Below the pieces are notes generated by a model that was not told where the DNA came from, made no database searches, and saw only the letters and a list, made by a program, of their open reading frames with translations. A program made the translations under genes and the position numbers. A stretch of 64,000 nucleotides of DNA, taken from Squalus acanthias (Eukaryota). The stretch spans positions 126,854,001 to 126,918,000 of the forward strand of contig CM059432.1 in assembly GCA_030390025.1 (NCBI GenBank). The letters are read 5' to 3'. Below, one piece after another: positions 24,569 through 37,986 of the stretch. Within the stretch, counting starts at the first letter, position 1, and every line of letters begins with the position of its first letter.

Positions 24569-25780
24569 CATTCACTCGAATGAGGTGCTCACGGACAGCC
24601 CGTGCCAAAGAGGGATTTGCTGTCTGCCTCCTCCCTTCCTCCTTGTCCTCCTCCTCTTCCTCTTCAAAAAGTACTTCATTGTCTGTAAAGCACTTTGGGA
24701 CGTTCGGTGGTCGTGAAAGGCACTATATAAATGCACGTCTTTCTTTCTTTCTCCCTCATCCTCTTCCTGAGGTGGTCCCACAATCCCTGGTGACAGGAGC
24801 TGCGCCCTCATGATGGGCAAGTTGTGAAGCATGCAGCAGACCACCACGAAATGGGACACCCACTCCTCCCGAGCAGTCAAGGCAGCGGAACCATTGTTTC
24901 AGCAGCCCAGTGGTCTGCTCAATGACATTTCTGGTGGAAGCATGGCTCTCATTATATGAGTGCTGGGCACGAGTGTTGGGGTTGCGGAGGGGAGTCATGA
25001 GCCAGGTGCAGAGCGGATAGCCCTGGTCTCCGAGCAGCCACCCTTGGCTTTGACGTGGTTGCTGGAAGATTGCTGGCACACCAGACTGACACAGGATGAA
25101 GGCATCATGACTGCTGCCAGGATAGCAGGCATTGACCATCAGGATTCGCTGTCTGTGGTTGCAGAACAACTGCACATTAAATGAGTGGTAGACTTTGCGG
25201 TTACGGAAGATCTCAGGATTGTTATGCAGCACCCACAAAGCCATGTGTTTGCAGTTGATGGCGCCTTGCACCATAGGGAAGCCCGCTATCTTGGCAAAGC
25301 CAAATGTGCGATCCTCCTGCTTCTCCCTGCTCAGAGAGAAGAAAATGTAGTCCCTTCTCCTGGTGTAGAGAGCCTCTGTGATCTCCCGGATGCAGCAATG
25401 GACGGTGAACTGGGAGGTGTTGGCTATGTCTCCTGCTGCAGACTGGAAGGACCCGCTGGCACAGAAATTGAGGGCCATGGTGACCTTGAGGGCCACTGGG
25501 AGAGCCGTGGTTGCCCTGCCCTGCTCTGCTCTGCGCTGCAGGTCTGGTTGCAGAAGGTGCCAGAGTTCTGTGACCATCTCCTTGGTGAAGCGGAGCCTCC
25601 TAATACACTGCTCCTCGCTTAAGTGGAGATAAGAGAAGTGCTCTCGGAAGACCCTAGGTGGGTAAGGCCTCCTGTTGAGAGCCCTCCTGACCCTCCTCTC
25701 TCCTCTGTGCGCATCTTCTCCTCTTCGCTGCCTGTGCTCCCTCTCCCGAAGATACTCGAACGTGAGGGGGCCTGCCCCAT
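24569..25780 (-). pseudogene. Harbinger DDE transposase (HARBI1-like), disrupted
   Basis: ASGSFQ, GFPMVQGAINCKH (catalytic D reads N), PGSSHDAFI, LLGDQGYP, RNVIEQT.GLLK, CCMLHNL; frameshifts and a SINE insertion. Confidence 0.9.
24663..24751 (+). mobile_element. DeuSINE 3' fragment inside the transposase acidic tail
   Basis: TTCAAAAAGTACTTCATTG..AAAGGCACTATATAAATGCACGTCTTTCTTTCTTTC. Confidence 0.8.
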
Positions 25781-27519
25781 GACTGTGAGCAAGTGTTGTG
25801 AGCAGAAGCTTTTAAATAAGAATGAAGGCATTCTCCATTTGCTCCAACACTCCCTGTCACCTTAGTACCTTGAAAGAAGTTTAGAAAGTTGCTGGAGTTG
25901 CAGAAAGCTCCACAGAGCCATTCAAACTGAACAAACATGTAAGCTGCAAGTAGTTGCTGATGATCCCTTTAAATGACGCAGTTGGACCCTCCTTCCTGCT
26001 CGTCAACGCTCGGTCAGCTGGTCGCAATTAACACAGGCCAGTAAGTTGAGCGGCGCACTCCAAAATGACAGATCGGGCGTCAGGTGAGCGTTGCACACTC
26101 GCTGACATCACGATCTGCATAATCTCCATATTGCTAGCGAGCGCGGACATCGGCAGCGCTGCTGCCCAACCGAAAATGGCGGCCGCCGCAGGACCTGTTG
26201 GCGGCCACCAAGTTTTCCCCCGAAACGGGCCTTAACGGCCAGCGCTTACACTATGAATTTCTAGGCCACTCAGTTTAGCTCTGTCTCACTTTTTAAAATT
26301 GGTACTCTCTAGTCCTCTGGCACACATCCAAACTCAATAGAGCCCTGAAATATAATTTATAAGCCCTCGGCATTTTCTTCCAACTCTTTTACGATCCTCG
26401 GATGGATCCAATAAGGCCCTTTGTCTTCCCTTAGCTTCAGTAATTTATCTGAAATTTTCCTTTTATCCATCACAATATCACTCATCTCGCTCTCTACCAC
26501 TTCGGGCTTATCTCTTCTCAAATATCCTTATCTTTAATAAAGACCGATGCAAAATACTTATTAAATACCTCTGCCATTTTTTGCTCATCCTCTACAAATC
26601 CCTTCCTCTCAGGGATGCTACCTCGCTTTTAATAATTCTCTTTCTACTGATATACATGTAAAATATCTTACCAATCCTTTTGATGTTTTTGAATTTTTTC
26701 CCTCATACTCCCTCTTTAGCTTTTCTTATCCCATTTTTAACCTGTTTTTTTATTGTCTCACAGATCCCTTTCCATGCTGCTGGGGAATGCTCCTCCCCCA
26801 TCCCATGCTGCTGGTTAGTACTCAGGCCGCATTCATTTAAGGAATGTCTCCAAACGTGAATCCAACTAAAAATATACAAGCTAGTTACTACTCAACTCTT
26901 CGCAGCTAAACCAGCAAATGCTGGAATTTATGCAGTGGCTCAGTCAGTATTTGAAGAGACAGAATAATGTTTTAAGTTGAGTCCTTTCCAGAAAATCCTT
27001 TTCTTTACTCAGATGCTGCTGCGGATTTGACTCCAGGTTAAGTAGGTAGTATTTAGTATCGCTGTCTAGTAAAATTTAAGAGCCCTCGCAAGACAAACAT
27101 CGCCCCGGAGTACATTAATACCCTGCCTGTTCAGATGCAGCAAGTTCTTACAAAATAGCTCCCATTTGTCCCAGAACTGGTCCAATGCCCAATAAAGTGG
27201 AATGCCTCTTCTTGACACCGCTCCTTTAGCCATGCATTGACCTTCCCTAATCTAGCGCATGGCTGGGGAAGTAATCCAGGATTTTCCACTTCTGCATTTT
27301 TCAGGTCACAATTCACTTCAATGAGCAGAAGATCATGGGCTGCCAAGCATAGAGGCAGAAACCACCAGCCATAAAGTTGAACTCCATTAATTTACATAAA
27401 TCTCAATTTGCTGATACTAACAGATCTTGGTGGTATGAGTGTTAAGAATAGCCCTTCCAAACATCAGGGCCCACAAAATTCAACAAAGGACAAACCAGTA
27501 AATTAGAACTATAAGCACA

Positions 27520-27722
27520 TTGAACTATAGAGGTTTACAGCACAGAAGGAGGCCTTTCGGGGCCTGCCTTACCTGTGCCAGCTCTTTGCTAGAGCAATCC
27601 AAAATGAATCTCACTTTCCTGGGATCTCCCCATAGCCCTGTATCTTCCCCTGCTTCAAATGTGTATTCAACTTTCCCCTAAAAGATGCAATGGTCTCTGC
27701 CTCAACCACTCCCTGTAGCAAA
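27520..27722 (-). mobile_element. CR1 3' fragment
   Basis: ACAGCACAGAAGGAGGCC tail; VVEAETIASFRGKLN. Confidence 0.7.
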
Positions 27723-28579
27723 ATATATAGGACTGAGCTGCTTGGGCTAAGTGGGCAAGATTGCATCTGGCCCACGGGCTGAAATTTGAACACCCAGGGT
27801 TAAAGTTTTAGAGGGAGCTCCTTTGTCAGAACCATCCACACGTTAACCTGTATTTTCTCTTTCAGATTCTTACAGACCTGCTGTGTGTTTGCATCATTTT
27901 ATAGAATTATGGATGAGATCAGCAGTAAGTAGTGAGGCTGCAACTGACTCTAGGGGTTCAAATGACGCCATAAACCACAATAGGCAGTCTCAGGTGGTTT
28001 ATTGGCATCTCACCTGATCCCTTAAGATAACGTGTACCCTTATACTTTAACATGGGGCCATGAATTAGTGGGACAATCTCCCACAACACAGAACGTGACT
28101 GATGTTGTTTGTGGCTCTATCATGGGGTATCTGCAGGATAGCCTGGTGGAGTATATGTGCTGCTGTGGGCACATCAAATGCTTTCCCACTTGAATGGTAA
28201 AAAAAGAGGAAAATCAAGGGAGAGTCACCACAGAGTTGGTCTCAGGTCCCTCCTCGCAGCTGGCTGCACCGTAGCTGTGCATACCGAGAGCAGGTGTGTG
28301 GAACAGAAAAGCTGAGGGGAGGAATGACTTGAGAGATGCTCTGAAATTATGTAATATCAGTGGATGAATGTTTAATGTATGATATTTCTCTCTGCTATTT
28401 TATATTTTACTAGAAGGTTTAACTCATTTATTCTAAAAGGGTTAACACTGCCAATGAAATACTGGAGAGAGGAATTTCAGACAAATGTATTAACCATTCA
28501 TGCTTTAGTATCCCACAGCATAACTTCAGGGCAAGATGATGCATATCTCCCAATTTTAGGAACAGGAAAAGGAGATGAG

Positions 28580-30281
28580 AGGCTCGATTTTAAAAGCCCT
28601 GAGGAGGCAAGTTTGGAGGCGGGTCAGCTGCGAAAATCGGAAAAAATGGCTTCAGACACCCAACCCACCTCCATCCCGCCCCCACCCGATTTTCGTGAGT
28701 GTCGGGTCAGCCGCTCCCAAACTGACCCGACGGGAACTGGTGGGACAGGTAGTTAAGGCAGTTAAGAGCCTGTTAACTGCCTTGATAATGCTATTTTGAT
28801 CGTGGTTTCCCATTTTCGTGCCTCTGGCTCCTGTTTCCCGTCTTGTCAGAAACAGTCCAGCTGCAAGGAGACGAGTTGGTGGAGGACATGATATGTCGTC
28901 ATTATTAGTGCAGCACTTTAAAAGCACTCCTGTAACATGGTTGGCATTCAAATGCAACAACTTTGTTGTTGGAGGTTAGGGATAAGATTTTGCAAATCTA
29001 CTGACCTTGTGACTGGTCAAGCTGACACCCATCTGCTGTTTGAACTGATTGGAATAATTTCAGGCCACTTTGAGTGTGCGCTTGCAAGCTTCTTGCCTCA
29101 ACTGAAATCTATAGCAACGGGATGGGAACCATTTACATCCTCTCATCCTGGTCGTCAGATTCGGAGGAAGAGCAGCGCGGCTTAGTGCTGCCGGATGAAC
29201 AAGTGGCTCAGCACACAGCCTCCTTGGAGGAAGAAGAAGAGGACGAGGAAGAGGATGAGGAGGAGGATGAGTAGGAGGACAGGAAGTGACGCCTTACGGG
29301 GCTGGATGTGGCCAATCCAGCAGCAGGCGACCACATTGATGGCCGTCAGGCAAGGGATGCACTCAACCATGCCAGATTCGCGTAAGCTAACGCTTCAACC
29401 ACAGGTGGCTGGCACATGGAGATGAATATAAGTCCGACAGTCTCAAACCCCAGGCATCATCTGTCCAATAAACGGTGGTTTGCGCTCAGTGTCACCACCA
29501 TCATTCTACATGGAAATCGCCCTGAGCCCTCACTCTTGAACTTCCATGTCCCAGAACACAGAGGCCACACTTTAGGTGATCTCAGCAGATCATTAAACCT
29601 TTTTCGACACTAAAACCATGTGCGTCTGCACACAGACCTCGAGCTCACCTCCTCAGCAATTTGCAGCCAAGCTGCCTTGGTTTGCTGAGGAGGCCTCCTC
29701 CTTCTGTTTCCAGGGAAGAGGAGCTCCTGACGTCCTCTAACTCCCTCAACAAGAGCATGGAGGGAGCCCTCATTGAACCTGGCTGCAACCTCAGTTATTG
29801 GGGCTGCCATTCCTGCAGCTCCCAGCACCTTTAAGAGAAAAAAGCATTAATATTACTAAGCAAGTGATTGGAACACATCTGGCATCTTTTTCATTTCATA
29901 GTCAGATAATAAAGTCATATCAAAAAATCATGAAACTCTTTCTGGAATAATATGACCAGCAATATCATTCATTAAATTTTACTCACAACAGACGCTGTCA
30001 ACTCCCCTTTCAACATAATAAAGCACCAAGCCATCCCAATGACATTTGTATGGAATGGGGACATGGCCCCTTTAAATTTTCAAACAAACAACGCGTCATC
30101 AGACGCGAGAAACTGACATCCTCCGAGCAGTTGCCCGGAGGGACCCGACCCGCACGTCGGCTGTAACGAGGCCAATGAAGCCAAAATCGGAAGTGCTGGG
30201 AGGCGGCAGCCGGGAGCGGGTCTGAAAGCTGCCGAGTAGCGGGCCCACCCTCAACCCGCCTCCGTTATTAAGATCGAGCCC
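28580..30281. mobile_element. Non-autonomous Harbinger, internally deleted
   Basis: TIR AGGCTCGATTTTAA / TTAAGATCGAGCCC; transposase N- and C-terminal remnants on + (~29122-29385); Myb N-terminus on - (ARFNEGSLHALVEG..W.QIAEEV); TSD unclear. Confidence 0.75.
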
Positions 30282-30304
30282 ATGGCCTGACAACCCATCC
30301 AACC

Positions 30305-30560
30305 CATCCAAAAATGTGCGGGTTAGGTTGATTTGGCTATGATAAATTGACCCTTAGTGTTAGGGGGGGATTAAATATGTGGGGTTACGGGGATAGGATG
30401 GGATATGTGTCGGTGCAGGCTCGATGGGGATTCTGTGTGAGAGAGCAGGGACAGGGTACTGGATTTGGATGATCAGCCATGATCGTATTGAATGGTGGAG
30501 CAGGCCCGACAGGCCGAATGGCCTACTCCTGCTCCTAGTTTCTATGTTTCTATGTTTCTA
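30305..30560 (+). mobile_element. HE1/V-SINE-like 3' fragment followed by a CR1 3' tail
   Basis: CCAAAAATGTGCGGGTTAGGTTGATTTGGC..AAATTGACCCTTAGTGT; GGCCGAATGGCCTACTCCTGCTCCTA followed by (TTCTATGT)n. Confidence 0.6.
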
Positions 30561-30854
30561 TCCCTTTTTGCTTAATGTGGACCCCATCTTCCTCCCATAT
30601 CATTCAACCCTCTCTTTCTGTAGAAATACAATCAGTCTCTTAAACATATTTATTCCATATGCTTCAATGACTTCCCAAAACTGCACTAATTGAAACCTGT
30701 TCAAAGTTATTACGATGCCATTATTGCAGAGTAATATCGTCACAACAGGAGGGTATACTAAAGAAATTATTTTCCAGTCAAAATGGAATCAAGAATCCAG
30801 TGTATCTTGTAGTAATACATTTAAGGTATTTCCCAGTAATCAAATAAAACTTAA

Positions 30855-33335
30855 ACCACTTCAATCATGGACAAAGGAGCTGAATTCCAGAGATGAGGTG
30901 AGAGTGACTGCCCTTGACATCAAGCAGCATTTGTCCGAGTGTGGCATCAAGGAGCCCTAGTAAAATTGTAGTCAATGGGAATCAGGGGAAAAACGCTCCA
31001 CTGGCTGGAGTCATACCGAGCACAATGGAAGATGGTTGTGGTTGTTGGAGGCCAATCATCTCAGCCCCTGGACATCGCTGCAGGAGTTCCTCAGGGCAGT
31101 GTCCTAGGCCCAACCATCTTCAGCTGCTTCATCAATGACCTTCCCTCCATCATAAGGTCAGAAGTGGGATGTTCGCTGATGACTGCACAGTGTTCAGTTC
31201 CATTCGCAACTCCTCAGATAATGAAGCAATCCATTCCCGCATGCAGCAAGACCTGGACGACAGTCAGGCTTGCCTGATAAGTGGCAAGTAACATTCGCGC
31301 CACACAAGTGTCAGGCAATGACTATCTCCAACAAGCGAGAGTCTAACCACCACCCCTTGATATTCAATGACATTTCCATTGCCGAATCCACCACCATCAA
31401 CATCCTGGGGGGTCACTATTGACCAGAAACTTAACTGGATCAGCCACATAAATACTGTGGCTACAAGAGCAGGTCAGAGGCTAGATATTCTGCGGCGGGT
31501 GTCTCACCTCCTGACTCCCCAAAGCCCTTCCACCATCTACAAGGCACAAGTCAGGTGTGTGATGGAATACTGTCCACTTGCCTGGATGAGTGCAGCTCCA
31601 ACAACACTGAAGAAGCTCGACATCATCCAGGACAAATTTTTTGAGGAGGTAACAAGGAGGGTAGATGAGGGTAGTGCTTTTGATGTAGTGTATATGGACT
31701 TTAGCAAGGCTTTTGATAAGGTTCCACATGGCAGACTGGTCACGAAGTTAAAAGCCCATGGGATCCAGGGCAAAGTGTCAAGTTGGATTCAAAACTGGCT
31801 CGGAGACAGGAAGCAGAGGGTAACGGTTGATGGGTGTTTTTGTGACTGGAAGGCTGTTTCCAGTCGGGTTCCACAGGGCTCAGTACTAGGTCCCTTGCTT
31901 TTTGTGGTATATATCAATGATCTAGACTTGAATATAGAGGGTATGATTAAGAAGTTTGCAGATGATACTAAAATTGGCTGTGTGATTGTTACTGAAGAAG
32001 GAAGCTGCAGACTGCAGGAAGATATCAATAAATTGGTCAGGTGGGCAGAACAGTGGCAATTGGAATTCAATCCAGAGAAGTGTGAGGTAATGCATTTGGG
32101 GAGGGCTAACAAGGAAAGGGAATACACATTAAATGGTAGGACACTGAGTAGTGTAGAGGAACAAAGGGACCTTGGAGTGCATGTCCACAGATCCCTGAAG
32201 GTAGCAGGCCAGGTAGATAAGGTGGTTAAGAAGGCATACGGAATGCTTGCCTTTATTAGCCGTGGCATAGAATAAATCGGCAAGGGGGTTATGCTTCAAC
32301 TGTATAAAACACTAGTTAGGCCTCAGCTAGAGTACTGCGTGCAGTTCTGGTCACCACATTACAGGAAAGATGTGATTGCACTAGAGAGGGTACAGAGGAG
32401 ATTTACAAGGATGTTGCCGGGAGTAGAGAATCTTAGCTATGAGGAAAGAGTGGATAGGCTGGGTCTGTTTTCCTTGGAACAGAGGAGGCTGAGGGGAGAC
32501 CTTCTTGAGGTGTATAAAATTATGAGGGGCATAGATAAAGTGGATAGAAAGGACCTATTTCCCTTAGCAGAGGGGTCAAAAACCAGGGGGCACAGATTTA
32601 AAGTAATTGGTGGAAGGTTTAGAGGGGATTTGAGGGGAAATTTCTTCACCCAGAGGGTTGTGGGGGTCTGGAACTCACTGCCTGAAAGGGTGGTAGAGGC
32701 AGAAACCCTAACCACATTTAAAAAGTACTTGGATGTGCACTTGGGATGCTGTAACCTGCAGGGCTACGGACCAAGAAGTGGGAAGTGGGATTAGGCTGGA
32801 TAGCTCTTTGTTGGCCGGCGCAGACACAATGGGCCGAAATGGCCTTCTTCCGTGCTGTAACTTTCTATAATTCTATGATTCTATGATTCTATGACAAAGC
32901 AGCCCGTTTGATTGCCACCCCATCCACCACCTTAAACATTCACTCCCTCCACCACCGGTTAACCGTGGCTGCAGTGTGTACCATCTACAAGATGCACTGC
33001 AGCAACTCGCCAAGGCTTCTTTGGCAGCACCTCCCAAACCCACGACCTCTACCACCTAGAAGGACAAGGGCAGCAGGCGCATGGGAACACCATCGCCTGC
33101 AAGTTCCTTGCCAAGTCACACACCATCCTGACTTGGAAATATATTGCGGTTCATTCATCGTCGCTGGGTCAAAATCCTGGACCTCCCTCCCCAACGGCAC
33201 TGTGGGAGTACCATCACCACACGGACTGCAGCGGTTCAGGAAGGCAGCTCACCACCACCTTCTCAAGGGCAATTCGGGATGGGCAATAAATGCTGGCCCT
33301 GCCAGTGACACTCACATCCCAGAACAAATAAAAAG
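30855..33335 (+). mobile_element. CR1-group LINE of a second family, 5'-truncated, split by a CR1 insertion
   Basis: [36 protein letters not shown]; resumes at 32893 (DKAARLI..LHHR..). Confidence 0.8.
31637..32892 (+). mobile_element. Young 5'-truncated CR1 LINE
   Basis: [34 protein letters not shown]; one stop at 32273; (ATTCTATG)n tail; TSD GACAAA. Confidence 0.9.
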
Positions 33336-34276
33336 AAATTACTGATTCTATTTTGTTTCTGGTCAGCTCCACTACCCACTAAATTTTCAAAACCCTTCCT
33401 CTGGCAAGTATTTTATAGTTTATATTAAAAGGGTAAAATAAATATGTAGGATTATGTTTTAAGTCAGAAACATCTTGCAGCTTATGATGTGATTTGAACC
33501 CTTCAATGTGTTACTGCCTTATAATGTGTTACAATCTGTCAGTAAACCTACCTATATGATTAAAAGTCTTACATTCAGTGTGCATCAAAAGAGCAACACA
33601 CTTCAGCATTAAAAAATAATGTTGGTTCAACCTGCCAATCTCTGATAAATTACCTACGCTGATTGGCTCACATATCCCGCCTGCTAAATACAAACCAATC
33701 AAAACTCACTTCCATTCACTAGACTACCAATCAACAGTCAGTAATCACCACAAATCCAAGCAATCAAATAATTGAAATATTTTCAAAGCTAACGTTCATC
33801 ATCGGTAACTGTCAGTAAATCAACCAAACAGTTTCCCCTGCTTCTTTGAACTACCATGTTGTTTCCTCAGCTGGCTGATTATATGCACTGAAAAATAAAA
33901 TAATTCAACAAAAAAATTTAAACTTACCCATCAAATTGTCCAAATCCTGTTGGAAAACCATCCAGTAAACTTTGTCCCCAGAGGTTTACCCTCCCTCAGA
34001 GGGCTAGAACATGTGTTTGCTTGATTCCTCGACCTCGCTTTCTTCCCCTGGGTCTTCCCTCCTGACTTTTCTCAGGCCTCTGTGCATGCATAACCTTCAA
34101 GGTCTGGGCAACCGCAGTGCCCAGTGACAGTTTTAGCTCATAATTTAACATTTTTGTTTAAATTACATTTGAAATGTGTTCTTAAAGCTCTGAATAAAAG
34201 CTGCTAGATATCTGAATCGTGGACAAGTTTGATGGAGTCTGCCCAATTTAAAGCTGAATAAAACGATAAACACATC

Positions 34277-35063
34277 AGGCCAGATGTTGCTGGAGCGGGC
34301 TATGTAGCACCTCAGGTCGTGCCACGTTAGTTAGACTTGTTTGTGCACGCTTAGGTTTTTTAATTTTTTGCCCACAAAGTTGCTGCAAGTGCAAACTGAT
34401 AATGGCGCGATGAGGGGAACAGGGCATCTGGACCTCGGTGAACAACGGGACCAACAGGGTGTCTCCTTAACCAATGGGATTTAAAGATTGAGAAAATAAA
34501 TAGAGGAAGGGCTGAGAAGGAGGGTGAATTAGAGTGGGTGATTTCAACGTCAAATCAGGTACAGCAAGAGAAATAAAGAGGGAAAGAAAGATTGGATTAG
34601 AAGAGAGAAGAAAAAGAGACAGAAAGGAAAAGTAAGAAAAAAAATGTAAGATTTAAAATTTGGCATTTTTAAAATCTCCGAAAACAGTTCACAGCCTGAA
34701 GGAATGAGATTCCATACTTATAACTGTTTACTTTCTGGGCCAGAGAGGTTGACTGGCAGTCATTAACAATTATACCGTCGTTAAAAGCGTACTTACGCTG
34801 TTAATTACAAGACTTAACTTTCTGTGGCAAGTTTAATGGGCAGTAATCTGCAACTGCCATATCTTCATGAACTCACGGGGAGGCTAAGAGCGAGATGCCA
34901 TTTTTGCGAAGCTAACAGCGGAGCGATGAAAATCGGTCAGCAACTTGTGACGATTTGCAGTTCACGAGATATCTCTTCCTCGCTACAAGTCACTGGCCGA
35001 TTTGTGCATTAATAACGGTGTGCGTCGTTCAGGTGCCGTTATTTTTTCAGCAAAATCTGACCC
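34277..35063. mobile_element. Harbinger-type MITE (older)
   Basis: TIR AGGCCAGATGTTGCTG / CAGCAAAATCTGACCC; TSD not clear. Confidence 0.55.
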
Positions 35064-35814
35064 AATGTTGCAGTCACAGTATTGGTCATCTTCCAGCTAT
35101 TATAAGGAGGAAAGGAAGTGGAATGTGAAATATAACCAGCAGTTGGCAACTGCCCTATGAATTCTATGGCTCTTACATCCTCTCTGATATGCTTCCTCAG
35201 GAGCTGTAACGCTTCCTCCTCAACTGGGTTAACAGCGCCAGTGTTGCGGATCCATCAGTTGTTCCCAATCCTTCCTGGTGGTTATGGGCTGTTTTCTCCT
35301 TTAAATAGAAAGCAGACAGTGTAACTGCCTTCTGGTTGCCATCAAATTCAGTTGAACTCAGATGTCAGCAGGCAGACGCCAGTGGGCTGGGGAGAGGTGC
35401 ATTAATCAAGCTAATGAATACCAGCTGGAGCTGTCTGTGGGGTCCACTCATGCAAGGCCGAGCATGAAGCGGCAGTTGGAGGTGAAGATTGCGGGGGGAG
35501 GGGGGGCGAAATTGGGCTCGGTAATGCCCGTTAGGGCCCTTAAGGTTCCAAAATGGCATCTGCGGTATGCGTGCGCACTTCTGACGCGAAGTTCACCGGA
35601 CGCCATATTGGTAAAGTGGTTAGCGTGCGCACCTAACATCCACCGGATGTAGAGCAGGCAGATCATGACGTCATTGACACCCGCGCTGCCATTTTGGAGC
35701 TCCATGCTCCAGCCTACGCCCTCTCTTAACCACCCACAGCTGAACACGTGTTCAACGGCATGAAGGAACCCCCACCAGAAATATTTAAAGGGATCATCAA
35801 TTACTTACAGGTTA

Positions 35815-36511
35815 TGATGCGGAGATGCCGGTGTTGGACTGGGGTGGACAAAAATGAGAAGTCGCACAACACCAGGTTATAGTCCAACAGTTTTATTTGA
35901 AATCACGAGCTTTCGGAGCGCTGCTCCTTCGTCAGGTAAAGTGAAGGAATACAAATCAGCAAAGCATATATAGACAGAGAACAATGTGTAGCGTACAATG
36001 TCAGACGACTTTCTGACTGCCCTCCATCACACCTTGACAGAGATACAATCAGGCCAGTAGGAAGGCATTACATCAAAGACACAGCAAAATACAGCTAAGA
36101 CAATGAGGTGGGGTCACAGGGGGTCCAACATGTCAAATGCTGCAGTCTGTATGGTTAAGCTTTTTACTTTTTTTTAAACTGGAAATCACATCTGTGAACA
36201 AGACAACGACGACTCGAGTCTGGATGACTCTACGTCATGTAGCGTGACATGAAACCAAGATCCCGGTTGAGGCCGTCCTCATGGGTGCGGAACTTGGCTA
36301 TCAGTTTCTGCTCGATGATTTTGCGTTGTCGTGTGTCTCGAAGGCCGCCTTGGAGAACGCTAACCCGCAGATCCGAGGCTGAATGTCCTTGACTGCTGAA
36401 GTGTTCCCCGACTGGGAGGTAACAATCCTGCCTGGCGATTGTTGCGCGGTGTCTGTTCATACGTTGTCTCAGTGTCTGCATGGTCTCGCCGATGTACCAT
36501 GCTGCGGTACA
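35815..36511 (-). mobile_element. Penelope-like element 3' fragment (GIY-YIG end, 3' UTR and tail)
   Basis: WYIGETMQTLRQRMN..EQKLIAKFRTHEDGLNRD; 9-bp TSD TACAGGTTA (35806-35814 and 36512-36520). Confidence 0.9.
35904..35938 (-). ncRNA. Minimal hammerhead ribozyme motif in PLE 3' end
   Basis: TAC-CTGACGA-A-GGAGC-agc-GCTCC-GAAA-GC-TC-GTG. Confidence 0.65.
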
Positions 36512-36683
36512 TACAGGTTAGTTGCTGGATTGTTTCTTCTGGCTGTTGCTGCAATTCTATGCATTTTGGGTGCTTTTCCATACTTGTTAAAAGTTTCAAT
36601 CGTCGACAGGGAGTGGTTTGGCTGGAGCTGAAGTACTTTATTGGTAACTTAAAGGCTTGTGCACAAATCAGTTGCTTCCAGAC

Positions 36684-37829
36684 ATGGGTGGCCTCGTAGA
36701 CCTTCCTCTTGGAATTGAGCATGACTGGGAGAATGGGCAGAGGCCCTGCAGAGCAGGACAAACTGCTAGAAGAGGGAGGAGGAGGAGGGGGGCAAGGGCT
36801 CTCAGCAGGAGGCCGTATCCGCCCAGGGTGTTCAGGGAGCAATTCTCCTACCTGAACTTCAGTGATGACCAAAGTTTGAGACTTCTGCGTTTCACTAAGG
36901 AGGTCATCACTGAAATCTGTCAACTGCTCCAGCCACAACTACAACCTCAGAGTAGGGCAAGGACTGCATTGCCAGTGACTGTGAAGGTGACCGTGGCTAT
37001 GAACTTTTATGCGTCTGGCTCTTGCCAGAATGCTGCTGGCGATATTAGCAACATCTCACAGTTTGCAGTGCATTGCTGCACTAGAGAGGTCACTGATGCT
37101 CCCTATGAAAAGAGGAACAGCTTCATCTCATTCCCTCTTGCCAGAGAGAAGCAGGTGGAGCGAGCACGAGGGTTGGCAAGGATTGCAGGCTTCCCCATGG
37201 TGCAGGGTGCGATTGACTGCACGCACATTGCTTTGCGTGCGCCTCCTGTCAACTCTGCCATGTACCTGAACGGAAAGGGTTTCCAGTCCCTCAGTGTGCA
37301 GCTGGTGTGTGACCATAGGCAGTGCATCATGCAGGTCAATGCCCAGTATCCTGGCAGCAGTCATGATGCTTTCATTCTGCGACAGTCCACTGTGCCAGCT
37401 GTATATCAGCAACCACGGCAAATCAAAGGGTGTCTACTGGGCGACAAGGGCTATCCACTGACGACATGGCCCATGACTCCGGTGCACACGTGCACAGCAT
37501 GCATACAATGAGAGCCATACTGCCACAAGAAATGTGGTCGAGCAGACCATTGACGTCCTGAAGCAATGATTCTGCTGCTCTGGAGGAACCCTGCAGAATT
37601 CGGCAGGGCGGGTTTCAAGATTTGTCATGGTATGCTGCATGCTGCACAACCTTGCCATCATGAGGGCACAGCCCTTGCCATCACCTACCAGGCGAGAAGC
37701 TGAGCATGTGAGGAGGAGGTGGAGAAGGAGGAGGTGGAAGAGCAGGAATAGGAAGGGAATCTGCAACCTAGACAGCCCCTTTCTTCCCGGGCTATACGTG
37801 AACAACTAATTCCCGTGCGATACCAGTAA
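36684..37829 (+). pseudogene. Harbinger DDE transposase (HARBI1-like), C-terminal frameshifts
   Basis: FYASGS, GAIDCTHI, PGSSHDAFI, LLGDKGYP, RNVVEQTI, CCMLHNLA. Confidence 0.9.
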
Positions 37830-37986
37830 CCTCAATCCCAATTCCCCATTCACCAACACTCCCACACTCCTTACCTTCCCTCTGTCACTGACCATCACAT
37901 CATCCTCTTGGACACAATGCAAAAATAAAAGTCATTCCAATGCAAATTTATAAATTAAATCATGTCATATTGCATACAAAAATAAA

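Larger units (their letters stand above)
22383..26267. mobile_element. Harbinger/PIF DNA transposon, two-gene type, decayed
   Basis: TIR GACCTAGAAATT / AATTTCTAGGCC; TSD ACT; convergent Myb/SANT (+) and transposase (-) genes; removing it restores the CR1 RT. Confidence 0.92.
21379..27300 (-). mobile_element. CR1 LINE, fragmented (21379-22382, 26268-~26760, ORF1-like piece ~27100-27290)
   Basis: [33 protein letters not shown]; the NYR.VSLTS region is split by the Harbinger; AWLKERCQEEAFHFIGHW resembles CR1 ORF1 esterase. Confidence 0.8.
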
